A DNA stretch of 64,000 bases from Lytechinus pictus (Eukaryota), in NCBI RefSeq assembly GCF_037042905.1, contig NC_087251.1, positions 10,168,001 to 10,232,000 on the forward strand. Direction: 5' to 3'. Below the pieces are notes generated by a model that worked only from the letters and a program-made list of their open reading frames with translations, was not told where the DNA came from and made no database searches. Both the position numbers and the translations under genes were made by a program. This document shows, in pieces, positions 1-13,100 of this stretch; the first letter of the stretch is position 1; each line of letters opens with the position of its first letter.

Positions 1-1548
1 TGATTTAAGTTTGACTACCATACAATGTTTCATTTCGTAAACCCACATATTTGGATTGAACGATGTTCTACTTGAGGTCTTTTTCTCAAGAGTCCATTTC
101 AACTTGTTAATTTTGCTTCAGGACATCAAGAGAAGAATGTGATAATGCAACAACTGATGAATCTTGAACTGAGTTATTAATTTTTGCAGTGTTTCAGATG
201 TATTTGTGCTTAACTAACTTGAATCTTCTTTCATTAAATTCATAATTGTTCCTCTTTTTATGAGTGTCAGACAAAATCCTCAAAATGTGTATGTCTTGTT
301 ACTTTTTATATTATATTAAGAATGTTTCATGGTTGAAATTAAGTTCAAATAACAATACGCAAAACTTGCTAAGTTACTCTGGTACCTACATCAGCCAAAT
401 ATCCCCCCCCCCCCATGAAAGACTTATGTGGTGGGTTTTTTTTCAGATGAGAATGATGCAATTAAAATAGTTACATGTAGGCCTCTATTAAATGTCACAT
501 GATCACATCTTTATCAAGCAATGTGAACATGGGGATGTGTCGTTAGTCACTATTAATATTGTTGATTATTACTGGTATTCATTGCTGTTATTTTTTATAT
601 TTCAATGATAAACTTCTCTGTCATTTTAAATCTTTTTTGTTTTGTTTGGACATCATGCAAGTCATATAGGGAAATTACATTCATCTTTCTCATGGTTGAA
701 ATTTATATTTCTTAGAAATGGGTTGTTTGACAAATGAAATGGTAGAGGAGAAGAGTCTTGATCATTTTTGTGAAGTCATCCTCAGCCCAGCAGCCAATTT
801 CCTTAACAATGTCTGTTTAAGTCTAAATTTTGAGGAGCTATACTCCTGGTTTGTGTGTTTTATTGTAAGACACACCCACTACTAGCACCCCTCCTGTGTC
901 ATAGAGGAAAGGAGCCTGTAGATTTATTTCCTTATCTCATATACTTCCAACTGAGAGAGAAGCAGTCACAACATTCAGTCCATGACTTGGTAGAGTTCAT
1001 AGAGGGTTGTTGTTTAGGGATGGAGGTTGAAAATGCATCCTTTCACTATTTGATAGTTTTAAACATCTTACTTTGCTTGTTTAAGCAGTCTTTCTGGATA
1101 ATATTTGTAGAAAGATTTCTTAAATACTCTGCTTTTGATAAAAAAATATTTGGTTTCATTTTTATGTGAAGCAAAATATTCACTTAAACATCAAGGGAAA
1201 AAATAGTAGGAGCTCAGGGCGATTTCACCCCAAAATGCTCAAAATAGCCCTGAAAAAGAAATGAGCCCTGGAAAATCCTAATTTTACTGCCTGACTTGCA
1301 TAGTTACATATTTATTTCCATTGGTTTTATTTGTGTACATTTCATAGTATCATGTAACAAATAAGTAGGTTATAAGTAGTGAATTCATTCATATATTGCT
1401 TGTCATCTTTGTAGTTTAAATAAAGCTGTCATTATTTTCTTTTAAGTAAGGGGTGTTTATCGGTGGTGTAAGTATATTCTCCATATCTGTTTGTATAATA
1501 TCTTATAAGCAGCATTCTCTTTATGTTTTGATCTGTTTTATGTTATAG

Positions 1549-1636
1549 TAATGGCTCCATTGGTGAGTGGGTTCTTGAATCTATGACCTGTGTGAGAATC
1601 TTACAGGGACATCGGGGTCCAGTAAGAGATATCCAG
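1549..1636 (+). CDS. Penultimate coding exon of a WD40-repeat protein (upstream exons not identified)
   Basis: Acceptor ...tgttatag (AG 1547-1548) and donor CAG|gtaaga (GT 1637). 88 nt = 1 nt + 29 codons: NGSIGEWVLESMTCVRILQGHRGPVRDIQ, containing the WD40 'L-x-GH' motif. Splices in frame (phase 0) to the exon at 3782. Confidence 0.9.
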
Positions 1637-1760
1637 GTAAGATATATCATTAATCTTTTCAATTGATTCCAACTGAATTAAATTTCATTTCCTTTTCAAC
1701 TTAGTTCAATGCAATTAATTTTAATCAATAATGCACTACTCATTTTATTTGATTTCAATT

Positions 1761-2918
1761 AATTAGGTGATCTGTCAATCGACAGATCAACTATTAACTT
1801 TGTACGAATTTTCTTTTTTATTTATTTCTTTATTTGTTATTAGGTGATCTGTCAATCGACAGATCAACTATTAATTTCGTATGAATTTTCTTTTTTCTTT
1901 CTTTATTTTTATTTTCCACCCTTTTCTTATTCCACCAAAATCTCAAAATCTACATCTTCAATTTTCTTCAAAATACTATCAGTTATGGGGACATATCATG
2001 TCATGTGTATAAAACAAGTTCAAGGTCATCATGGCGTCATCTAGACGCCATTTTGTAAAATCACATTATCAATCATATCTTCATTATCAATTATCCAAAA
2101 TTAACAATATTTTATATCACATAAACTTCAGGTCAACTGTCCATGTTATCAAAGGTCATGTAAAGGTCACGACGTGCGCATACGCGTGCTTCAAAATTTT
2201 TAAATGCTCAAAATCACTTTTTGACCAAAGTAGAGTATGAATCAGGTCATTTTAAGCATTTAAAAAATTTATACGCGCGTTCTCACGCATAATGGAACTA
2301 TACATCAAAGGATTGCCATTTTTTTCATATCAATGGATTGATAATATAATTCTGAGTAATTTGATACCTTGATCAACCTTCTACGACACGTAATAACGGA
2401 ATTAGCCTCCATCAAAGTTTACAGCACGCGTGTGCTAACCATAGACAATATATGTGCATAAACATGCCTATACAAAATTCATTATAGCTCTTCAGGAAGT
2501 GTGTTGACCCTCACTTTTTTTTTCATATTCGAATAGAGTATGGATGGGAGATATGATTTCATGCCACATTTGACCCTTAATTTCATCATGACGTCAAAAT
2601 GGCGTCGGAACTCAAAATTCCCATTTTGCTACTTATGACGTCATCATAGTTATGCAAATTTGACTCTAACTCCGTAAATATTGGTCAATTTTTGCTCAGT
2701 GTTTTATATGTTGTAGCTGAGGACATACTCTTTCTAATGTGATGGCTATATTCACATTTAAAGGAACTAAACATCCTGAAAAATGGCAAGTTATAGAGGC
2801 ATGTCATTTTCGCTCATTTTGTGTGCAATCTCTATGGGAAATGACTTTCTCAAAACTGGATTTTACTGAATCAGAGACAGATCACCTAATTCGTCCTCAT
2901 GACGAATTAAAATTCTAG
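1761..2918 (+). mobile_element. Non-autonomous Helitron2/Helentron-like element in the WD40 intron
   Basis: Asymmetric 16-bp inverted repeat: AATTAGGTGATCTGTC (1761-1776) and subterminal GACAGATCACCTAATT (2876-2891). 5' hairpin GATCTGTC-aatc-GACAGATC; 3' hairpin TAATTCGTC-ctcat-GACGAATTA (2887-2909), then CTAG (2915-2918) and T. No TSD; flanked by TTCAA-rich tracts. Confidence 0.75.
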
Positions 2919-3781
2919 TTTCAATTCTATTGAGATAAAAAATATATTTTATTTCAATTCAGTTCAATTCAATCATTTTCAATTAAATTCCATTGATGTT
3001 TTTTTTTTCATTTAAAATTATCAAACATTCCTTTTACATAATTAGTTACAGAAAACCAATTTTGCACTGAAATACAACAGAATTGTTCCATTTTTATTTT
3101 AAGCTGTAAAGTGTAAGAAACAATTGAATTAATGATAAGAAGGAAGCAGAATGATTGGTCTATATTCACTCATCTAACTTTGTTTATTTCTGCATTCAGA
3201 AGCTTCTCTTTTAGTTTTCACTTAAATAGTGATAAAGATTAACATTGTCTATTTAGGGGTTACCAATTGAAATCATTTGAATGACATAACTAGTAAACAA
3301 TGTTTTGCTAATATGAAATTCATTATTTAGCAGTATAAGACTCATGATTCATAAAACATATTATCAATCACAAATTATGACCTACTTCTAGAAGCAACTG
3401 AAATCATGCCATTTAATTGGCTAGGAGCAAACTTGCCTTGGAATGATAGCATATGTTATGAATAATGATTTTTATGAAACAGGCTCTGACTAGTGATCTT
3501 TGTCAATAGGAAGTGAGAATAATTTGAAGAATAGCCGAAGGCTTTGAAATAAATTTTGGTTAATTGTCAGTCGTAATGAAAAAGAAAATCTTTTCATAGT
3601 GTTTCTAAATATTATCGGGATATTGTATGATCATATTGTTGTTAATTAGGCCTATTGATAATATTGAATTAAGTTATGAATATGTTAATGAATGTCAAAT
3701 CAATTCATTAATTTAAATTGATTCATTCATTCTTGATTGATTCATAGATTATTTTTCTTTAAAAAAAATATATATTTCAAG

Positions 3782-3916
3782 GTATCTAATGCTCGAGTTG
3801 TGAGCTGCAGCGAAGATAAAACAGCCAGGATCTGGGATTTAAGTCCTCCGCCTCTTAAACCAGGAGATGAAAATGGAATCAACCCAGAGATAGTCAATGA
3901 AAGAGATAGTGACTAA
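3782..3916 (+). CDS. Terminal coding exon of the same WD40-repeat protein (repeat spacing resembles F-box/WD40 proteins)
   Basis: Acceptor ...atttcaag (AG 3780-3781). 45 codons, VSNARVVSCSEDKTARIWDLSPPPLKPGDENGINPEIVNERDSD*, TAA at 3914-3916. Joined to the previous exon it gives a complete WD40 repeat, CVRILQGHRGPVRDIQVSNARVVSCSEDKTARIWDL. Orthology cannot be assigned from one repeat. Confidence 0.92.
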   Translation, partial: VSNARVVSCSEDKTARIWDLSPPPLKPGDENGINPEIVNERDSD

Positions 3917-5940
3917 GAGAGATGGACAGAGATGTTAGAAAAGAATAATGATGCTTGAAGATTTAATAAGACATTACATTTACAGGGGGAATATACTTTG
4001 CTTATACTGAAAGGAAGTGAAACTGAGAAATACTAAATTAAAGAGATCGTGACTAAGATAAGGCAAAATAAGCAAAAAATACTATATTACTAAGGGGTAG
4101 TAACTAAGAGAGAATTGGAAAAGGATAAGCTTGATGGGTTTAAAAAGACATCTGCAGGGACATTTATTACTTCTGCTAAGAGAGAATAATTGGGGATTAG
4201 TCACTGAAAGGGACAGTTACTCAGAGAGAATTAAAAAAAGTGAGTCTTACTATAAAAGCATAATAACTAAGAGAAGTTATAGTAAAAGTAAGAAAATGAC
4301 AGGGACTGAAAGCTAAGCCACAAAAAAGAAAATGTCTAGTGTATAGTTAGTGAAGTAGAAAACTATAAGAGATAGTAAATAAATTATTAGAGAGTGGAAA
4401 AGTTAATGACTTTGATATGTTTCTTTTCCTACCTCTGACAATAAGCCATTGAATTCTTGTATCTCTGGGAATACAAGTGTTGTTCTCACTTACATTCTTG
4501 AGAGAGCATTACCCTTGGTGTGTAATAGTTCTCTCTGAGTTGACAAGTAAACCATCCAATATATTATCATGATTGGAGAAGCGTATATTATTTCTTCCGG
4601 GGGTACCTGATGAATGTTTGCCTGTCTGCCGACAGTACTAGGCATCCTAACAATGAATGACAAGAGAATACTAGAAATAAACTTTCAAAATGAATCTAAA
4701 TTCCATCAATTCTGTCAACTGTTTGGTTCAAAGTTCTTCCTCTACGTGCATATTTGGCAGTACATGTATTGTTAGTGACTGTTTTCCATTTTGATGCTGT
4801 GATGACAAGTCAGTTTGTATTCTCATTCATCTTAGTTGAGATATTCCACTCTACATAACTTTAGAAAATGATTGTGTTCCAATACAGATATTGTCCAGTA
4901 ACGTTCAGAGTATTACTATGTAAACTAATTATGCAAATTTTATTCCGTCCAGTGTATTTTAACCAAAGATAAAGAAAATGGATTATATGAATTCTGTAAT
5001 ATGCAGCTCAAGTATTCTTACAATTTTTATATATCAATTTATTTGTAAAGTTATGTATAAATATATATATATTCATGAGAAATGCTAATTTTGTGCATAC
5101 TATGTGTGTAATTTATGTATAAGTACATGTACAGTATGTATATGATTCAAATTATATGCTTCCCTTTAATTTATTTTATTGGATTGTTCATTGCTAAATG
5201 TTGAAAATATGTCTTACATATCATTGACCAATATGTAAATGATTGTACCATTTTAAACAATTTATTTTTTTCAGGTGTCACAAATATTTTAATACCACAA
5301 ACAAGAAAAAAAAAAATTCTCTGCATGTCTCATTGTTTTAAAATATTGATTTCTTTTTGTATTCTTCCAGAACTATTGAACTGTAATATATTTATATCAT
5401 TTTAACACTGCATTCTGTATAGATGTATATACATGCATATAAAAATGTTATTTTAAATGGCTGATTGAAAAGATTTACACAGGGTAAGTGTTTGTAGTAT
5501 TTTAATGATATGTCGATGTTGCCAAGTTCAGATTGATAATCATACCTAGGATCTACATGTATCATATTCACCTATCAACATACCTGGTTAGAAGAACACC
5601 TCCATGTATATATGATCCTTTGGTTGTGATATATGTGAGTATTTGCAGTGTAATTTGTTGATATTGATAGATGAATGAATGAAAGAAGTGTTTGGTCTTA
5701 TCAGCTGATGTCATCATAAGGTGATGGAGAGGGAAGGGTTCTGTTACCCGAGTTGTATTTGAAGCTCCTAAGACACCTAACTTTAGTTTCCAGAATTATG
5801 CACTTTGTTTGTTAGGCCTTTATTTAAGGTGTTTCAGTAAAGCCTCATGCAAACATGGCATGACAAAGCTCTACAATATTAATGTCATGTTCAGACATTG
5901 AAACAATTCACTCCGCTTATTTGCATCTCTTGCAATAAAA
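3917..5940 (+). other. Probable 3' UTR of the WD40 gene (3' end uncertain)
   Basis: AT-rich sequence after the stop, with TGTA/ATTTA motifs. AATAAA at ~5934; other AATAAA exist (e.g. ~4675, ~7061). Confidence 0.45.
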
Positions 5941-6043
5941 AATGTATCCAAAGTTTGTGGAGACAAATTCATGACATTTAAAATATTTTATATCAAGATG
6001 GTTTTATGCCTCTCTCTTTTTTTTATCAGTCCACAACACTTTA

Positions 6044-6460
6044 AAGCCACCGCACACCTTACGATTGGTCTGCGACCCAATTTTAGAATGAAACATAGTA
6101 GAATTTGATGCTATAATTAAGACATGGAGTATCTTACTGTGTAATGTTCTAAGTTATGGCACGAATACCTATGTTCAAATATGTGACTATGCTGTCATCC
6201 TTATTAGAATAAAAGCGAATTTAATATCTAGTCGTAATGACGTCATAACAATCATACGATTGGTTACGATTTGAAACATAATTTGGCCTTTACACCAAAA
6301 TAAAGGTTTGTAATCATCCAAAATTGTTATATTAGTATTCTTTCAGTTAATTTGAACCTCAAATAAAAAGACACTTTTCGTTCACATTTTCAGAAAATGA
6401 GCAAAACCTGTTTTAACCCAAAATCGGATCGTGGACCAGACGTAAGATGTGAGGTGGCCT
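6044..6460. mobile_element. PIF/Harbinger-type MITE (417 bp)
   Basis: Imperfect ~35-bp TIRs (AAGCCACCGCACACCTTACG... / ...CGTAAGATGTGAGGTGGCCT). TSD TTA at 6041-6043 and 6461-6463. Confidence 0.85.
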
Positions 6461-7623
6461 TTAGCCCTTTGAAGAAAAATATATCCTGCACCTGTAAATG
6501 TATTTTGATCCTTATATCCCATTGTTCTTGAACACAGATGTTGCTTAGCTTTTTGAAGAACTTTGTCACGCCAAATCCAAAAATGATTTCTATTTCCCAT
6601 CAACTAAAGTTGAAATAATATGCTGATAAAGATTAAAATTCCTAATGTTCAAATACATGACATATGCAAGGTTAAGTTTATGATAGAATTTAATCAAGAT
6701 TACTTGAAATACAAAAAAAAATCACATTTCATTTTTAAGGGGTTCATTAAGTCATGTTTAACTCCTTGTCTAATTCTAGTCTGAATCAATAGATTTCACA
6801 TTACTAAATATATATATATATACATACATGTATATATATATATATATTTCTCTACATCTGTGTTTAAGGCAAATTTTTTGTCTTCTTTCAATGTTCGTAA
6901 TGCGCCTTAACGCCCTCTACCTTCGTCTTTACATCTAAATGTGTATTATGATGGAATGAACCCATTCATAGACTTCGCCCTTTCGTAGGATTTATGCATA
7001 TATATATATTGATTATTTATTTTGATAATTTGTTATATTCATCAATCATCACTACCGTCTAATAAAAATTATAAAATATATAAACTATTTAAAATTTGAC
7101 AGTTACTTGATGCAAATATAATCTCCAAGAAATACATGGTCTTTGTCTTTACCTAATGAGTCCATTCCATCCATAATATGTTTGTGTGAAACTTGATGTT
7201 TATCTTTCTATAAGTGGATTTAAAGGTGTGATTTTTACAACCAAAACATTTTGTTAGTTTTGTATTTTTGAGCTTCCCATTTTATAATTATTTAGATATA
7301 TTTTTACCATCAATCCAACTAATTTTGTATATACATGTTTATTCATTTTTGTTGGTGATCGTTCAATTTTGGATTTTCTTTGTCTGTGAAAGAAAAACAA
7401 TAACTTGATAAATTAAAAAAAAGTGACATGAGCTTGCCCAACATAATTAATCCGTATCCTTAGACAGGCCGTGCATGGTGTATTTTCTTTGTGTAAAGCT
7501 TTTATAGAATTCCTTTCCCAGCATCATTTAGTGATAGAGATGGCAGTATTTCAGATGACATTGATCTTGAAATACCAGGCCATTCCCCTCTGTAGAACAA
7601 ACATGAAGATACCATCATCACTA

Positions 7624-8108
7624 CAGGGTGGTACATAAAATAAAGAGGAAGATTTTACATTGTCTGCTAATAAGCCTTCTCAGTCAAATCAAAGTTGTAA
7701 AAAAAAATATATAAAGGAGGATAAGAAACAAAAGCAGAAGAGTAGACTGATGTAAAAAAAAAATGCTTAGGGGCTCACACAATGAAAAATATTTAATTTG
7801 GGGGTTGAATTATTCATTCTATATAATTTTGGGGATGATGGAAAACTACTTTAATAATGTAACCTATCTTGTACTATTTACTCTCATCTTTTCATGTTAA
7901 TGTCTCAACTTATGAACTTAAATTTCATTAATTGGCCATTGCAGATCATAATTATTTCTTTAACTAATTGACACTGAACACCAAATTGCATGATGACCCT
8001 TTACAAGCTTTCATTTAAATTTGATTCTAATCTCTGAACACATCATTTGAGTAAGATACGTTAGTCTGCTTGCATGTCAGTCAAGGTTTATTTTAATGGA
8101 ACACCCTG
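7624..8108. mobile_element. Tc1/mariner-type MITE (485 bp)
   Basis: TA|CAGGGTGGTACATAAAATAAA ... TTTATTTTAATGGAACACCCTG|TA: ~21-bp imperfect TIRs with a TA duplication. Confidence 0.75.
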
Positions 8109-8269
8109 TATTGGTATATTTTTATGGAAAGTTGATGAGAGCTGCACCTGTGAATAATCTGACATTTTAAATGTCAGAAGCTGTTTTTACGATGTTCCTC
8201 CTCTCCTCTCAAACTCACTTTATTTTCAAATAGAAGACAAGAAAAAGAAGAAGAGTAAAGCGTTTTTTG

Positions 8270-8560
8270 ACCGGTCATGAAATTGGATGGATTGAAGTGG
8301 GGCGAAACGGGACGGGTTCGCTGTTTGGATGTGTTTATTTAAGAATGTCTTCATTGTGTATACGTATTGACAGTATATATTTCAGTCTCAGCCAGATGTA
8401 ATTCGCGTAGGGCGGAGATGCGAGCGCCAAACTAAATAAAGAGAGTAAGACAGGAATGGGTGAACGTCACAGCGCCAGTTTTGGCGTGCGAGTTGATTTC
8501 GTTCCAAAATATGTCGGGGGTTCACCCCTCTCGTTTCTTCGGACTCGATTGCTTTACTGC
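8270..8560. promoter_or_regulatory. CpG-enriched promoter-like island
   Basis: Local CpG excess in an AT-rich background. ATTGG (reverse CCAAT, 8282), GGGCGG (8410-8415), GCGCCAAA (reverse E2F-type TTTGGCGC, 8424-8431). Motif evidence only. Confidence 0.35.
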
Positions 8561-10035
8561 TTCATTATGACAGAACTGATGACAAATATTAGCATTGATA
8601 TTGACTTATTATGTCAAGAAAAGATTTAAATCTTTATCACATACGACATAATAAATACCAAGGTCCATTATGTATTAAGTTAACTGTTGTTGATTGAATA
8701 CGCATAACAAAAATTCAGTCTTTAGTTCTATTGCATTGGCCTACAATCAATTATGTAACGTTCTTTAAAAAAAACAGACTGAAGAAAAAGTGGCGACCGA
8801 ACGTGAAGTACCAAAGATAATGACATCACGTTCACTTTGCGAAGGTGTGGATTATGTTCAACATGATAATGATGGAGATGGCAATTATAATCTGTTTCCG
8901 AGCGTGCAAAGCTTTTAACATAACTTTGATATTTGTTAAACTATTTTGATTTTATCGAGTTAATCATTTACTTTTTAATTGACTGTATTTTGTTTTACAA
9001 ACTCATGGAAATCGCAATAAAATACCCACGACAAAATTGTCAATTAGGCCCACTTTTAACAATTATCGTTAAGTTGTTATAAGCCTGTATTTAGAACGTA
9101 GCCCAGATGAGAAAGAAAGATTCACCTACACCCCCCCCCCCCCCCATTATGCCCATTGCCCCTCCCCTGCTTGTTTGATTAAAAGGACTCTAATGATTTC
9201 AATATGCTCTCCTATAATTGATAATACCCTTTGACATGTATAATATCCATCCACTGACCTGTCTAAGGATGAAGTAAGTCAAGGCCAAACGGTCATTCTC
9301 TTTCCTCTATCGATGTCCGTCTTGCCTGAGGTCACCGAAGAATTGACCACCAACTTGACCGACAGAATAGAGAGATCAGAAAAAACGGAGCTCTGTTGCA
9401 GTGTTTCTTCTGATTCTGATGCGGTTGTGGCTAGGTGTAAAGGTAGGTTAAACGATGATATCCTCTGGCAACCACAATTATAAAATCACACAAAAAAAAA
9501 GATTATATGACATTATAACTTGATGCAATTTATTCTTTATCCAAACAATAGCCGTTTCCTGCTATTCGCTCAAAGATGATAATCTGATTTTAATCATAAT
9601 TTTAATTACGGGCATATCATGGAAGAACCAAACAATTTGTAATCTGAGCCCCTCATCTCGATGATTTCCATAACCTTATAAATGTATTCTATGCTTTATT
9701 TTCCACTTAGTCAGCTTCGTTTTCCTTATCTTAATTGAACAATTTAATTTTTACCCTGAACAATCGTTAAAGGAGTCATGGTTGGCTACCGTTCTTTATC
9801 AGCTAAATTGACATTGTTTAAATGATTAATAGTTTTCCTGCCCTTATTTTGATGATTTTATTTTTCTAAATATTTGTCACAAAGAGTAAGTTTGGGATTC
9901 ATACCTGACTTTAGAATAGGAAAAATCAAATACATGAGACCCGTTCCCAACCAGATCTAGCGTGAATGTTGTTATGTTTTGTGGTGGTGGGGATGTTCTT
10001 CCGCCGGGTGTTATCGAGAGCGGATCTGCATTCAT

Positions 10036-10047
10036 CCCCCCCCCCCC

Positions 10048-10082
<35 letters not shown>

Positions 10083-10115
10083 ATAATAATAATAATAATA
10101 AATAAATAAATAAAA
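10036..10115. repeat. Compound simple repeat: poly-C, poly-A, (AAT)n/(AAAT)n
   Basis: Read directly. Confidence 0.9.
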
Positions 10116-13100
10116 TGAATAAATATAAGTTGTCTACTAATTACATGCATGGGCTACACTCTGAGTGATGCATTGCCTTCGTTGTAAATAATAAGGACAT
10201 TTTTAAAACATTTTAAAATGTTTTTCTTGTTTATGATATTCCTTTTCAAGGCCTTTATATACGATGATCCTTCCACACGGAACAAGACAAGGATTGAGAT
10301 CGAAAGATAAGATGTATTTGGCAATCAATCGATCTTCAATAGCTGTCTAATAGGACACTCACCCTGGATGTGACGTCATAGAGAACATCCAGGGTGGTCT
10401 TTGCCAAGGAGATGCCTTCATCAAGATAAAGATGAGGGAAGATGGAGATTGAAGAGGTTGAAGGAGATAGATGATAATGACGACCATTAAAGAGAAAGTG
10501 AGTCATCTTTTTTTTTCAACGCGAAAGAAATTCCGCATAACACTTTACAATGCTGTTGATATCTTATGAATATTAATTTATTACCATTTTAGAAATCCAA
10601 AATTGTAAGCAAAATATTGTTAGGGGAAAATACTAAAAAAATAAAACTTTCCTCTAATTAGCTCAAACACAGTAGATCTCTTGTCATATTCTTATGTGCT
10701 TTATGATAGTCTTGATAAATTCGTTTTTACAAAGCAATTTTAAATCTTGTGCATGTTAGTTATGTGTTTGAACAACAGGAATGCTGGAAAACATATTTTA
10801 ATAATTTGTTTGTTTCTTGACAGACAAATGCTACGTAAAAATGAAGCAGAAATTAGTTCTCATTTCTTGGGACGTATATATAAAGACTACATGATAAAAA
10901 TGCGTCATGGATAATGAAATATGTAATGTTTCATTTGTTTAGGGTTTTAATCGTCACTGTTATAGATTTGACAGAGGCCTATTCGCTTAAGATTATTAAC
11001 TTATATATAGTTCATCCGCCAGCCTGATGACGACATTTATCAACATAAAAAAAATCAACCTTAAATTTCGTCAGTGTATCTGGTTTTCCTCAAGTACAAT
11101 GAGGGGATCATAATAACGTCAAATTAAATGAAAGCTATACCATATTGGATTCTACCTTATTTTCAGATGATTTCTCCATCCCATTATTTTCATCAAGATG
11201 AAAAATCAACACTTTTTACTAACCTAGGATTCTACTCATTCGTCAACTATAATAGGGGACATACCTTTATACCTGAAGCTCTCAATACATGTCTAATCGT
11301 TATCCCACTCGCATAATGTTTATCATGAATTAAATTTTTTTAATTGTCAATAAAAATACTTTTGTCAAAGTTCTACACGGCAAATATCAAATATCGTACT
11401 TGCTTGGAGTCTTGTTTATACTCCATAACCGAAAAGCATATTTGGCGATTCGAAGATGATCACTCGCCGGCGGCATTGGGGAGGAGACGGGATGAGAGAT
11501 CGATGCTAACAGAGTGTGAGGCGAAGCGCCTTGCCTCGTTGAGTACTCCATCAATATACATACTTCTTCCCTAAGAAAGAAATGGATCAATAAAATTGCT
11601 TTTTATCAAAGAGATGCAACACAGACGTCTGCAGAACTATCGTTTCCTGGTTAAAACATGGGATTATTTATGAATATTCAATAGTTGGCCTAACATCATC
11701 CTTTTGGTTGACAAAAAAAGTCAATTTTCTTGAGTGATTTTAATCAGGATTACCAATATTCATTTTGAAAACACGGTAGTAAGTGAGGTTGAATAGCCAT
11801 GCATTGGTCAAAACATTTTTTAACCCTTTTTAACGATTTTCTTTGTAACCCATTGCGTACAGTCACATGATAGTCAACTTTCATAACAATAAATCGCCAC
11901 ATCCATAATAGCGAATTACTCATGATGGTGGTCTCTATAGTTTCATGAATTTTATCAATATTATTTTCAATTGATTTATGCCTGGTAAATCCAATTTTTT
12001 ACCTTCGATGGTTCAGTTGGCAGTGTCAGTAAATACGTTTGGATTTTATGTGTTTTGTGAAATCATTCGTTTATGTTTGAACGCAGGTTTAAAATCGGAC
12101 TCCGATATCTTATTAGTTGCGATTTTAATCCATTACCCCTTAACTTGCACAAAACCTACGACCATGTCATATATATTATTAGCTTTACATTAATTCCATT
12201 GGTTTTCTGCGTTCAGTAACTTGGTGCTAATCGATAGAAAGTATAACAGAAAATTTCAATATTATTTGAAATTTATTCTCAAGTCATTTTCACTTCATTT
12301 TCAAGTACAAAGAAAAACGGTGAAACCCCTCAAATTCATTAAAAGGGGTTTTAAAGCATTTAGATCACAATACGGGTTGTTTAGTATCGTCACCAGTCTG
12401 ATAGTGAAAAAAAAGGTTTTCCGTTTTCGCCAAAATAGCAATTTCAATGTTTGTATCAAAGATGGGTTTATATGTATATCAGATGATGATATTTAAACAA
12501 ATATAATGGCTTACCTATTTCTCGTACTGTTTAGGGGTAAGTTGAAGTAGTTATCTATTGTTTTACGAGAGCACAGTATAATCAATAATTTATTCACAAT
12601 ATTCCAGCAATATACTTCCAGTTGGTTTGCATATACCCAGGTACCAGTCATGCTCATGTATCCCCTTCCAACATTCACAAGTTCGTCCCTTTCTCCAGCA
12701 ACTTGAAGAGATGAAGATAACTTGAAGGGATATCTGATCATGACATTATTGGAGCATTGGGAGTGTCGATTCACTCAGCCTACGTCTCGGCGCCCAAAGG
12801 CTCTGCGGTTTCGCTTCACGACGCCACAAATCTCACTTTCTTTCCAGACTCATTTGCAAGTAATCTCAAAGACGATGTATAAGGCATATCATTACTATAT
12901 TATCCAAACGATTGTGAGAATTTTTTTAATGATATTTGAAAATGAACAAACATCCATCCTTAGTTTGAGTATTGTGACATTAAGCAATAATTACAAAACA
13001 AAACGAAAATACATGTAACTGGATTCCAGAGATATAGAAAAGAGAATATATTCATTCATTAGAACGTTATTTTTCAGAGACGAGACACTCTATTCATGAT

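Noticed and set aside
1192-1293. Possible ~100-bp hAT-like MITE
   Set aside because: TIR match weak and TSD not recoverable.
2432-2463. CATAGAC as a fourth P-like footprint
   Set aside because: No second end and no clean duplication; may be part of the Helitron-like element.
3340-3488. Possible decayed CWG-type MITE
   Set aside because: Only TTCATAAAA/TTTTATGAA remains; tips eroded.
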